Shown here: one piece after another, positions 50,199 to 58,593 of the stretch | Layout: every line of letters starts with the position of its first letter | How positions within the stretch are numbered: the stretch's first letter is position 1 | From: Candidatus Eiseniibacteriota bacterium | GTDB taxonomy: Bacteria; Eisenbacteria; RBG-16-71-46; CAZAMP01 | Assembly (NCBI GenBank): GCA_965224245.1 | Contig: OZ245046.1 | Span: 704,001 to 768,000 of the forward strand | DNA: 64,000 nucleotides | Reading direction: 5' to 3' | Notes under the pieces: model-generated | The model's database searches: none | The model's input: only the letters and a program-made list of their open reading frames with translations | Told to the model about the DNA's origin: nothing | Position numbers and translations under genes: made by a program

Positions 50199-50349
50199 GC
50201 GAGGACGGTTTTCCGGATCGCGTTCGCGGAGCGACGCGCTACTCTGGGTCCCACGATGTGTGCGGCGACGTCGGGACCTCCGAGCGCCGGCGACACTCCG
50301 GCACGAGCACGGGGTGAACTCGAGGCCCGCCAGGGGGTGGAGCGAACGC

Positions 50350-51234
50350 ATGGATCTACTCGTCACGAGCTTCAGGGATGAATGGAACGGTCTCATCCGG
50401 CTCCTGCCGAGGTTGCTGGTGGCGGCGGGCGTGTTCGTGGTCATCGCGTGGGGCGGACGCGCCGCCACGCGTCCGCTTCTCCGCCTGCTCGGCCGGAGCC
50501 AGCTCCGCGCGATCCACCTCGGGTTCATCCGGAACGTCATGCGGTGGATCTTCGCGCTCCTGGGGCTGGTGGTGGCCCTGAACGTGCTGGGCCTCCGGGG
50601 TGTCGCCGGGAGCCTGCTGGCCGGCGGGGGCGTGACCGCGATCGTCGTCGGGTTCGCGTTTCGCGCCGTGGTCGAGAACTTCCTGGCCGGGCTGTTCCTG
50701 GTCATGGGGCGCTCGTTCAAGGTGGGAGATCTGATCGCGTCCGGCGACTTCGAGGGCGTCGTTCGGGGCATCGAGCTCCGGCACACCCACATCCGCACCG
50801 TCGACGGCCGGGACGTCTTCATCCCCAGCATCGAGCTCTTCACCAAGCCGCTGGTCAACTACACGCTGGACGGCCTGCGCCGGCTCTCGTTCCGGGTGGG
50901 CATCGACTATCGCGACGACGTCGAGCGGGCGCGGCAGCTCCTCCTGGACGCGGTGATGCGCTCGGGCTTCGTGCTCACCGACCCGGTGCCGCTGGTCACG
51001 ATCGGTGAGCTGGCCACGAACGCGGTGGTCCTGCAGGTGTCGTACTGGATCGACACGTTCGATCCGGCCCCACCCGGGATCTCGGTGCCGAGCGAGCTGA
51101 TGGATCGCTGTCGCCGGGTGATCCTGGAGAACGGGTTCACGATCAGCTCCGAGGTGAGCACGGCGATCGTCTTCGGTGAGGGAGCCCCGGTCGGCGTGCG
51201 GCTCGAGCGCGAGGATGCCCCGAGATCCGGGTGA
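50350..51234 (+). CDS. MscS-family small-conductance mechanosensitive channel
   Basis: GFAFR..VENFLAG, FKVGDLI, EGVV..IELRHT, TVDG, VGIDY. Confidence 0.9.
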   Translation: MDLLVTSFRDEWNGLIRLLPRLLVAAGVFVVIAWGGRAATRPLLRLLGRSQLRAIHLGFIRNVMRWIFALLGLVVALNVLGLRGVAGSLLAGGGVTAIVVGFAFRAVVENFLAGLFLVMGRSFKVGDLIASGDFEGVVRGIELRHTHIRTVDGRDVFIPSIELFTKPLVNYTLDGLRRLSFRVGIDYRDDVERARQLLLDAVMRSGFVLTDPVPLVTIGELATNAVVLQVSYWIDTFDPAPPGISVPSELMDRCRRVILENGFTISSEVSTAIVFGEGAPVGVRLEREDAPRSG

Positions 51235-51395
51235 CCATCCGGGTGACCGCCCAGTATCGAACTTCCAGCGTGCGACTGTCCTCTGATTCGGCGTTCTTAC
51301 GTTGTACGATTCCGATCGTGCGATTGGGGGGCGACTCCGCGGCATCTCGAAATCGAGATGTTGCGGATGCCACGCGCAACCTTGGAGGTCTCCGC

Positions 51396-54047
51396 ATGAG
51401 AAGAGCGTTCCTCTGCCTGCTCTCGATGTCGTTCGCCGGCCTGGCCACGGCCGCCGACTTCCGTCTGGCAGACGAGTCCGAGCCCTACCAGCTCCAACAG
51501 GATCGGCCCTGCCTCTCGGAGACAGATCGCGCGGCGATCAAGGAGCGTCTTCGCGCTCAACGCGAGCGGCTTCGGGAAGCCGGCATCATCGGTCCGGTGG
51601 ATCGCAGCGCCGTCGTTCTGTACCAGTGGCCGCTGGCACCGCGGCCGGGCTTCCCGGACTTCGGCTACCACGGCATCTCCAACTTCGTCGATCAGGATCC
51701 CGACTTTCCCGATGAGCTGCTCGACTACAACTGCGGTGATCGGACGTACGACCTCGAGGGGGGGTACAACCACCAGGGGGTCGACATGTTCACGACGCCG
51801 TTCTCGTGGCTGAAGATGGACAACGGCGACGTCCGGATCGTGGCCGCGGCCGACGGCGTGATCCTCGACAAGTTCGACGGTAACGACGATCGAAGCTGCG
51901 ACTTCGGCGGCTCCTGGAACGCCGTCTACGTCGAGCACGCGGACGGCTCGGTGGCCTGGTACGGCCACATGAAGAACGGCTCCACCACGTACAAGGAGAT
52001 CGGGGAGAGCGTCAGCGCCGGCGAATACCTCGGCGTGGTGGGCAGTTCCGGCAGCTCGACCGGTCCTCATCTGCACCTGGAGTCGTACGACGCGGACGGC
52101 AACCTGATCGAGCCCTACGCCGGACCGTGCAACATGATGAACGACGACTCGTGGTGGGCCAGCCAGCGTCCCTACTACGACAGCGCGATCAACGCGCTGC
52201 TCACGCACTCGATGGCTCCGGACTACCCGCCGTGTCCGGATCAGGAGACTCCGAACACGAGCGATGCGTTCATGCCTGGACAGGCGATCCGGTTCTCGGC
52301 GTACTACCGGGACCAGCTCGACCCGCAGGTCACGACGTACACCGTGCTCAAGCCCGACGATTCCGTGCAGTGGACGTGGATGCACGACAGCGACGCGGAT
52401 CACTACTCCGCCGTGTCGTGGTCCTGGAACGACGTGCTCCCCGGCGACGCGCCGACCGGCACCTGGACGTTCCGCGCCGAGTACGAGGGACAGACGTACA
52501 ACCATCCCTTCCGCGTATGTGACGATCCGGGCGGAGACCCCACCGTCGACTGTCCGTCTCCGATCACCGTCGAGTGCGTGATGCACGGCGGGGCGCCCGA
52601 CGAGCTGCCCGCGATCGATGCGTTCCTGAACGGGGCCACCGGCAGCGGTCCGTGCGACCAGACGCTGAGCTTCACCAACGACGGTCCCGCGTTCTTCCCG
52701 CTGGGGACGACCACGGTCACGTTCACGGGCACCGACGACTTCGGCCAGGAGACCTCGTGCTCCTCGACGGTCACGGTGGAGGACACGACGGATCCCGTCA
52801 TCACGTGTCCGTCCGACATCACCGTGGAGTGCACCCAGCACGGCGGGACCCCGGACGACGATCCGGCCATCGCCGCGTTCCTGGCCGGTGCATCGGCGAC
52901 CGACATCTGTGACCCGAACCCGGCCATCACGCACGACGGCCCGCCGGTGTTCCCGCTCGGAACGACGGTCGTCACGTTCACGGCCACCGACGCGTCCGGG
53001 AACGACGCGACGTGCACGGCGTCGGTCACGGTCGAGGACACGACGCCGCCGACGATCGACGTCACGCTCAGTCAGACGATGCTCTGGCCGCCGAACCACA
53101 AGATGGTCGACATCACGGCCATCGTGGAGGTCGAGGACATCTGCGACCCGAACCCGACCTTCGAGCTCGTGTCGATCGAGAGCAACGAGCCCGACAACGG
53201 GCTCGGCGACGGCGACTTCCCGGATGACATCCAGGGCGACGACCTCGGCACCGACGACGTCGAGTTCCAGCTGCGCGCCGAGCGTGCCGGTCCGGGCGAC
53301 GGTCGGATCTACACGATCAACTACCTGGCCAGCGACATGTCCGGCAACACGACGCCCGCCACCGTCGAGGTCGAGGTGCCGCACGATCAGTCCGGGGCCG
53401 CGATGGCCGGCCGCGGGTTCACGCCCGACGGTACCGACTTCGAGGGGGCGAAGTACACGCTGGTGATCCCGGGGAGCGCCGAGCTGGACGTGACCCGGAT
53501 CGACGTGTCACGGGTCCACGTGATCAACGACATGGGCGCGGTGCTGCCCCTCGAACATCGCATGCTGGACTTCGACGGCGACGGCAACGACGACCTCGAG
53601 GTGTCGTTCGACGCCGCGGCCACGCTGGTGTTCGCGCGGGATCCCGAGGCGCTGCAGCCCGCGTCGATCCTGTACCCGCACGATTCGGGCGTCGTGTTCA
53701 GCGCCATCGACATCTTCGCCCTCGCGCCCGTCGTGGCGGTGGACGAGATGGTCGACACGCCGGTGGTCGCGCTGATGCGTCCGATTCCGAACCCGTTCAA
53801 CGACCGGACGCGCGTCGCGTACGAGGTGCCCGAGGGGCCCTCGGTCTCGGTCGAGATCGCGGTCTACGACGTCGGGGGACGCCGGGTCCGAGAGCTCGTG
53901 AACGCGATCCAGGCTCCGGGCGTGTATGACGTCACCTGGGACCGTCGTGCGGACGGCGGCCAGAGCGTCTCGCCGGGGATCTACTACCTGAAGCAGTCGA
54001 CCAGGCACGGCCTGCGAAACGTCGCGCGGCTGATCGTCATCGAGTAG
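51396..54047 (+). CDS. Secreted M23 peptidase with two HYR-like repeats and FlgD-Ig C-terminal domain
   Basis: GGAGG RBS; signal peptide; HQGVD, YGHM, GSSGSSTGPHLH; LWPPNHKMV domain; PNPFN..WDR..PGIYY. Confidence 0.85.
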   Translation: MRRAFLCLLSMSFAGLATAADFRLADESEPYQLQQDRPCLSETDRAAIKERLRAQRERLREAGIIGPVDRSAVVLYQWPLAPRPGFPDFGYHGISNFVDQDPDFPDELLDYNCGDRTYDLEGGYNHQGVDMFTTPFSWLKMDNGDVRIVAAADGVILDKFDGNDDRSCDFGGSWNAVYVEHADGSVAWYGHMKNGSTTYKEIGESVSAGEYLGVVGSSGSSTGPHLHLESYDADGNLIEPYAGPCNMMNDDSWWASQRPYYDSAINALLTHSMAPDYPPCPDQETPNTSDAFMPGQAIRFSAYYRDQLDPQVTTYTVLKPDDSVQWTWMHDSDADHYSAVSWSWNDVLPGDAPTGTWTFRAEYEGQTYNHPFRVCDDPGGDPTVDCPSPITVECVMHGGAPDELPAIDAFLNGATGSGPCDQTLSFTNDGPAFFPLGTTTVTFTGTDDFGQETSCSSTVTVEDTTDPVITCPSDITVECTQHGGTPDDDPAIAAFLAGASATDICDPNPAITHDGPPVFPLGTTVVTFTATDASGNDATCTASVTVEDTTPPTIDVTLSQTMLWPPNHKMVDITAIVEVEDICDPNPTFELVSIESNEPDNGLGDGDFPDDIQGDDLGTDDVEFQLRAERAGPGDGRIYTINYLASDMSGNTTPATVEVEVPHDQSGAAMAGRGFTPDGTDFEGAKYTLVIPGSAELDVTRIDVSRVHVINDMGAVLPLEHRMLDFDGDGNDDLEVSFDAAATLVFARDPEALQPASILYPHDSGVVFSAIDIFALAPVVAVDEMVDTPVVALMRPIPNPFNDRTRVAYEVPEGPSVSVEIAVYDVGGRRVRELVNAIQAPGVYDVTWDRRADGGQSVSPGIYYLKQSTRHGLRNVARLIVIE
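52539..53045 (+). repeat. Two tandem ~84-aa HYR-like repeats
   Basis: CPS.ITVEC..HGG.PD..PAI.AFL.GA...CD.....T.DGP..FPLGTT.VTFT.TD..G....C...VTVEDTT occurs twice. Confidence 0.8.
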
Positions 54048-54066
54048 GCGCCGGCGTCATCGTCGA

Positions 54067-54099
54067 GGCTCGGGAGCTCACGAGGTGGGCTCCCGAGCC
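54067..54099 (+). terminator. 15-bp stem hairpin after the M23 gene
   Basis: GGCTCGGGAGCTCAC-GAG-GTGGGCTCCCGAGCC with one G-U pair; weak U-tract. Confidence 0.45.
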
Positions 54100-54283
54100 G
54101 ATTCCTCGACCGCTCCGTCATCTCGCGGCCTCGTCGCCGACAGGAGGAGCCACCGGCTCGCCCCGGCACGTGTCCTCGTTCCTCGCCCGCGATGCGTTCG
54201 GACCCCGTCTGTGGCAGAATGCGCCTCCGATGGGTCCAGCCTGGACCCACCCGGCCCCGTCCACGAGACGATGGGAGGAGTCC

Positions 54284-54808
54284 GTGAGTTCGTTTCCCGA
54301 TCGAATGGTCCGCGCGGCGAAGCTCGACGTGTCGCTCTACGAGGAGGTCGAGGCCGACGACGGAGCGACGCTGCAGGCGCTCCTGGTCGTCGTGCTCGCG
54401 AACGTGGCCACCGCCATCGGCACCTGGGGGATGTCCACCGGCGGCAATCCGCTCCAGGCCCTGGTCGGAGCACTCGTCGGGTGGGCGCTGTTCGCCGCGT
54501 CGATCTACCTGGTCGGAGCGAAGCTCATGGCGAGCGAGACGACGGACGCGAGCGTTCCCCAGCTGCTCCGCACGATCGGCTTCGCGGCGTCCCCGGCGCT
54601 TCTGAACGTCGTGGGCATCGTGCCGCTGCTGGGCATCATCGTCGTGCCGATCACGTGCGTGTGGGTGCTGGCGGCCACGGTCATCGCGGTGCGCCAGGCA
54701 CTCGACTACACGAGCACCGCTCGCGCGATCGCGGTGTGCATCCTCGGCGTCGTCGTGTTCGCGATCGGGCGTATGCTGGTGAGCGTGCTGACCGCGGGCC
54801 TCGTCTAG
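54284..54808 (+). CDS. YIP1-family membrane protein
   Basis: GGAGGAG RBS then GTG; YEEVEAD..AT.QA, LLRTIGFA.SP, IAVRQALD. Confidence 0.8.
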   Translation: MSSFPDRMVRAAKLDVSLYEEVEADDGATLQALLVVVLANVATAIGTWGMSTGGNPLQALVGALVGWALFAASIYLVGAKLMASETTDASVPQLLRTIGFAASPALLNVVGIVPLLGIIVVPITCVWVLAATVIAVRQALDYTSTARAIAVCILGVVVFAIGRMLVSVLTAGLV

Positions 54809-54847
54809 GCACCCGGCCCGCCGGCATCGCACCGGGCCGCGGCCGGG

Positions 54848-55261
54848 TCAGTGGGGCAGCCGGGGCCGCGCCGCGGCGTAGGCGAGCATGCCGATCAGCG
54901 CCCCACCCAGCGTGGCCAGCGCCGGCCACTCGCCGCTTCCGATCTGGGCGTAGATGGGGCCCGGACACGCCCCGGTGATCGCCCAGCCCATCCCGAACAG
55001 CGCGCCGCCCACGATCACCCCCGTGTGGTAGCGCTTGGGCTCGTACACGATGCGACGACCGTCGAGATCGCGGACGCCGATGCGACGGATCAGGGCCATC
55101 GCGATCACGCCCACCCCCAGCGCCGAGCCCAGGACCAGGTACATGTACGGCTCCTCGAAGCGAAACATCCGCTGGATCCGGAACCAGGACGCCACCTCGG
55201 ACTTGACCAGGACGATGCCGAACGCGAGTCCGACCAGGAAGATCCGCGCCTTGGAGGTCAT
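54848..55261 (-). CDS. YeeE/YedE-family small membrane protein (second of pair)
   Basis: SWFRIQRMFRF, FGMGWAITGACPGP; ATGA overlap. Confidence 0.85.
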   Translation of the reverse strand: MTSKARIFLVGLAFGIVLVKSEVASWFRIQRMFRFEEPYMYLVLGSALGVGVIAMALIRRIGVRDLDGRRIVYEPKRYHTGVIVGGALFGMGWAITGACPGPIYAQIGSGEWPALATLGGALIGMLAYAAARPRLPH

Positions 55262-55743
55262 GGCCGCCCCCCGCCCCCGAGGATTGCCGTCATCAGGAGG
55301 CCGCCGGCGAAGAAGAACACGGTCGCGAGGAGGCTCGGCCAGTTGAGGTTCGAGATGCCCGTGAGCGTGTGACCGGACGTGCATCCATCAGCGTAGCGGG
55401 TGCCGAACCCCACCAGCACGCCCCCGATCGCGAGTCGGGCCAGACCGCTCGGCGACCCGAACTCCTCGGGGAGCAAGCGCGCCGGCGCGCCGTGCGAGAG
55501 CCCCGCGGCGACGGCGGCCCCGACCAGGATGCCGGCCACGAACACGAGATTCCAGACGTCGCCGCGCCAGTCGTTGTCGCGGAGGTAGGCGAGCCTGGAC
55601 TTGGGGAGGCAAGCCGAGCCGATGTGCTGGAGGCTCGTCGAGATGCCGAAGGCCTTGCCGCCCAGGATGTACAGCGCGGGCACGGTGAGGCCGATCAGGG
55701 GGCCGGAGACGTACCACGGCCACGAGTCTTGGAGCCAGTTCAC
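55258..55743 (-). CDS. YeeE/YedE-family small membrane protein (first of pair)
   Basis: WPWYVSGPLIG, FGIS, GTRYADGCTSGH. Confidence 0.85.
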   Translation of the reverse strand: MNWLQDSWPWYVSGPLIGLTVPALYILGGKAFGISTSLQHIGSACLPKSRLAYLRDNDWRGDVWNLVFVAGILVGAAVAAGLSHGAPARLLPEEFGSPSGLARLAIGGVLVGFGTRYADGCTSGHTLTGISNLNWPSLLATVFFFAGGLLMTAILGGGGRP

Positions 55744-55792
55744 GCGTCACTCCGTCGATGGGGTCTTCGCCGCGGACCGGCCGCGGGGCACG

Positions 55793-55821
55793 AAAAACCC
55801 CGGGGCCGTCCGGCCCCGGGG
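55793..55821 (-). terminator. Rho-independent terminator of the GAPDH-like gene
   Basis: Minus strand reads CCCCGGGGCC-GGAC-GGCCCCGGGG-TTTTT. Confidence 0.85.
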
Positions 55822-55869
55822 CGGCAGTTCTCCCAGGAAGCTTCGGCGCCGGCGGCATGAGCCGTGGAG

Positions 55870-56940
55870 TCAAATCTCCTGAAAGAAATACTCGCGAAGC
55901 GTCCGGATGCGCTCGTCGTACACCGACGGGTTCACGAACCACTGCATGATCGACACCGAGCTCAGGATCGAGTTGCCGTCCTGCGGGGTGAAGCAGAACC
56001 CGACGACGTCCTTGCCGTTGACGGCGAGCGTGGGCATCGACACCACGGTCTGGTTGTAGATGCGGCCGTACAGGCCGTGATCGCGTCCGAACGAGAAGAC
56101 GGTGTTCGCCGAGCTGCGGTCGGTGATGGCGATTCTCGGATTCTCGCGCAGGCGCTCGACGACCGCGTCGCGCGAGACGGGCTTCTTCAGACGCAGATGG
56201 AACTGGATCGTGTGCATGTACTGCGAGTTCAGCTTCACGGCCGACGAGTACAGGTTGAGGTCGTGGCCGAGCGTCTGGAACAGGTGCCACGCGTCGCGGG
56301 CGTGGTGGGTGCCGAACCGCTCGTCGTCGTGCTTGCCGACCGCCGGGGACGGTACGAACGACGAGTCCTGGCTGATGTCGTTGGCCCGCCGCATGCAGAC
56401 GAAGCGGCCTTCCTCGAGGTTGGAGTCGTCGCCGTTGAACGCGATGGACTTGATCAGGACCGCGAGATTGTGCGTGTTGCACGAGACCACGTGGATGTAC
56501 TTGTCCTCGTCGCGGTTCAGCGCCTGGTCGTTGATGCCGCGCGCGTACATCTTGCCGAAGCCGAACTCCGAGCCCTGGGCGACGAACCCGAGCGTGTTGT
56601 CCTCGTACTTCGTGAAGACCTCTTCCTTGTGCTTGAGGCCCCCTCCGGTCGACGTGCAGTCGATGACGACCGTGGCCTGGCCGAGCGCCTCGTCGAGCGT
56701 CATGGCGACGGGCTGATCGCACGCCGCGAAGGCATCGATCGCATCCCCCTCGGCCGCCAGCTTGCCGCCCTTCGAGATGAGCTGCCGAACCTTGGACGTG
56801 TCTTTGCGGCCCGCCGTCCGCTTCGAGAACGTCACCTGATCGATGTAGAGCTCATCCTTCTTTTGCAGGAGCAGTGCGATGAGTGGCTCCCCGATCGTAC
56901 CCGTGCCAACGACGTGCACGGACACCGGACTACCAGGCAT
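55870..56940 (-). CDS. Archaeal-type (class II) glyceraldehyde-3-phosphate dehydrogenase-like protein
   Basis: AAGGAG RBS; VGTGTIG, VIDCT, AQGSE, VVSCNTH, RRANDIS, THHARD, YMH. Confidence 0.7.
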   Translation of the reverse strand: MPGSPVSVHVVGTGTIGEPLIALLLQKKDELYIDQVTFSKRTAGRKDTSKVRQLISKGGKLAAEGDAIDAFAACDQPVAMTLDEALGQATVVIDCTSTGGGLKHKEEVFTKYEDNTLGFVAQGSEFGFGKMYARGINDQALNRDEDKYIHVVSCNTHNLAVLIKSIAFNGDDSNLEEGRFVCMRRANDISQDSSFVPSPAVGKHDDERFGTHHARDAWHLFQTLGHDLNLYSSAVKLNSQYMHTIQFHLRLKKPVSRDAVVERLRENPRIAITDRSSANTVFSFGRDHGLYGRIYNQTVVSMPTLAVNGKDVVGFCFTPQDGNSILSSVSIMQWFVNPSVYDERIRTLREYFFQEI

Positions 56941-57286
56941 TGGGGACGTCTCCTTGTGGAAGAGCGTGGAGCGCCCGCCCCTCGGACGCGAGTGACACTC
57001 CCGCGTGAGGCGCGAGCACGTAACAGTATCGGAGCCCCCGGCATCAGGCAAGAGGGAGAATCCGACATGACAACCCGGCTGAGGTCGACGCTCTCGTGGA
57101 TTGAAACAAAAGGACTTGGGTCGACTCATGTTCGCCTGGTCGCGATCACCCGGGGAGGGTCGTGGCCGGTTGACTGGGAGGGACGCGGCGTTATCCTCTG
57201 GGCGGTCTGACCCGGGTCCGGGCGGGCTCGATCACGACCGTCCAGCGCGCACGATCCGCCCATCGGCACGTGACGGGAGGGGAGAC

Positions 57287-57961
57287 ATGCCACGTCTCAC
57301 GTTCCTGGGCCACTCGGCCTTTCTGATCGAGGGCGGCGGTAGCCGCATCCTCGTGGACCCGTTTCTGACGGGCAATCCGAAGGCCTCGACGTCACCGGGC
57401 GACGTCGAGTGCGACTACATCATCTTGACGCACGCGCACGGCGACCACGTCGGCGACACGGCCGACATCGCCAGGCGGACCGGCGCGCCGATCATCTCCA
57501 ACTACGAGATCGTCACCTACTTCGAGGGCAAGGGCCTCAGCGGCCATCCGATGAACACCGGCGGGTCCTGGACGTTTCCGTTCGGTCGGGTCAAGTTCAC
57601 GATCGCCCATCACAGCTCGACGTTTCCGGACGGCACGAACGGCGGCAACCCGTCGGGCATCATCCTGTGGCTGGACGGCAAGGCGATCCACCACGCCGGG
57701 GACACCGCGCTGACGCACAACATGTCGTTCGTCGGAGAGGAGGGGATCGACCTGGCGATGCTGCCGATCGGAGACAACTTCACGATGGGGATCTCGGACG
57801 CGGTGCGGGCGCTCGACTTCATCAAGCCGAAGAAGGTGATCCCCATCCACTTCGACACGTTCCCGTTCGTCGAGGTGGACGTCCAGGATTTCCGGAACCG
57901 GAGCGAGGCCAAGGGCGTGGAATGCGTGGTGCTGGAGCCGGGACAGACGCACGAGGTCTGA
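57287..57961 (+). CDS. UPF0173-type metal-dependent hydrolase (MBL fold)
   Basis: LGHS, DPFL, THAHGDH, AHHSS, HAGDT, LPIGDNFTM, PIHFDTF. Confidence 0.9.
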   Translation: MPRLTFLGHSAFLIEGGGSRILVDPFLTGNPKASTSPGDVECDYIILTHAHGDHVGDTADIARRTGAPIISNYEIVTYFEGKGLSGHPMNTGGSWTFPFGRVKFTIAHHSSTFPDGTNGGNPSGIILWLDGKAIHHAGDTALTHNMSFVGEEGIDLAMLPIGDNFTMGISDAVRALDFIKPKKVIPIHFDTFPFVEVDVQDFRNRSEAKGVECVVLEPGQTHEV

Positions 57962-57992
57962 GGGTGACGGCGGAGGAGGCGGAAACCGGCCG

Positions 57993-58445
57993 TTACGACC
58001 CGGGCTCCTCTCGGCCCGTCGGGTCGGCGTCCGGACGCCGCTCTCCGAGCGGCGTGCCCATGCGCTCGGTCACCCAGCTCGGAAATCGATGGGGCTTGAA
58101 TTCGGCGTCCACGGAGACCAGCTTCGTCCAGCCCGTGGCCAGGAGCGTCCGATCGCGGCGGACCTCGTATGCGAACGTCACCCGGCGCGACTCCAGCTTG
58201 GCCAGCCAGGTGTCGACGAGGAGGTCGTCGCCGTAGCGCGCGGGAGCGATCAGCCGATAGTACGTCTCCGACACGGGCAGCACGACGCCGCGCCGCTCGA
58301 TTTCGTGATAGGGAAGTCCCCGCCGGGCCATGTAGCCTGTCCTGGCAACCTCGAACCACACGGGGTACACGCCGTAGTAGGCGATGCCCATCTGATCGGT
58401 CTCGGCATATCGGACGGAAATCGGAATGGACTCGATCGCGGCCAC
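57993..58445 (-). CDS. Acyl-CoA thioesterase (YbgC/4HBT family)
   Basis: GAGGAG RBS then GTG; VRYAETDQMG..YY..Y..WFEVAR, PARYGD. Confidence 0.88.
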   Translation of the reverse strand: MAAIESIPISVRYAETDQMGIAYYGVYPVWFEVARTGYMARRGLPYHEIERRGVVLPVSETYYRLIAPARYGDDLLVDTWLAKLESRRVTFAYEVRRDRTLLATGWTKLVSVDAEFKPHRFPSWVTERMGTPLGERRPDADPTGREEPGS

Positions 58446-58593
58446 GGTTTCTCCTCGGCGACGCGCGCTCGACGCGACGTCACCGCGTGCACGCGGCTCG
58501 TCGGCGTCCGAGCGACGTCGTTCGCCGGGCGAGGGTAACAGATCGCGGCCGCGCCTCGCGCGTGCCGTTCTCGCTACCGCCGCCCGGCGACGC

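Noticed and set aside
57098-57121. AT-rich GATTGAAACAAAAGGACTTG as an IHF site or sRNA
   Set aside because: Poor match to the IHF consensus and no supporting structure; probably ordinary divergent promoter DNA.
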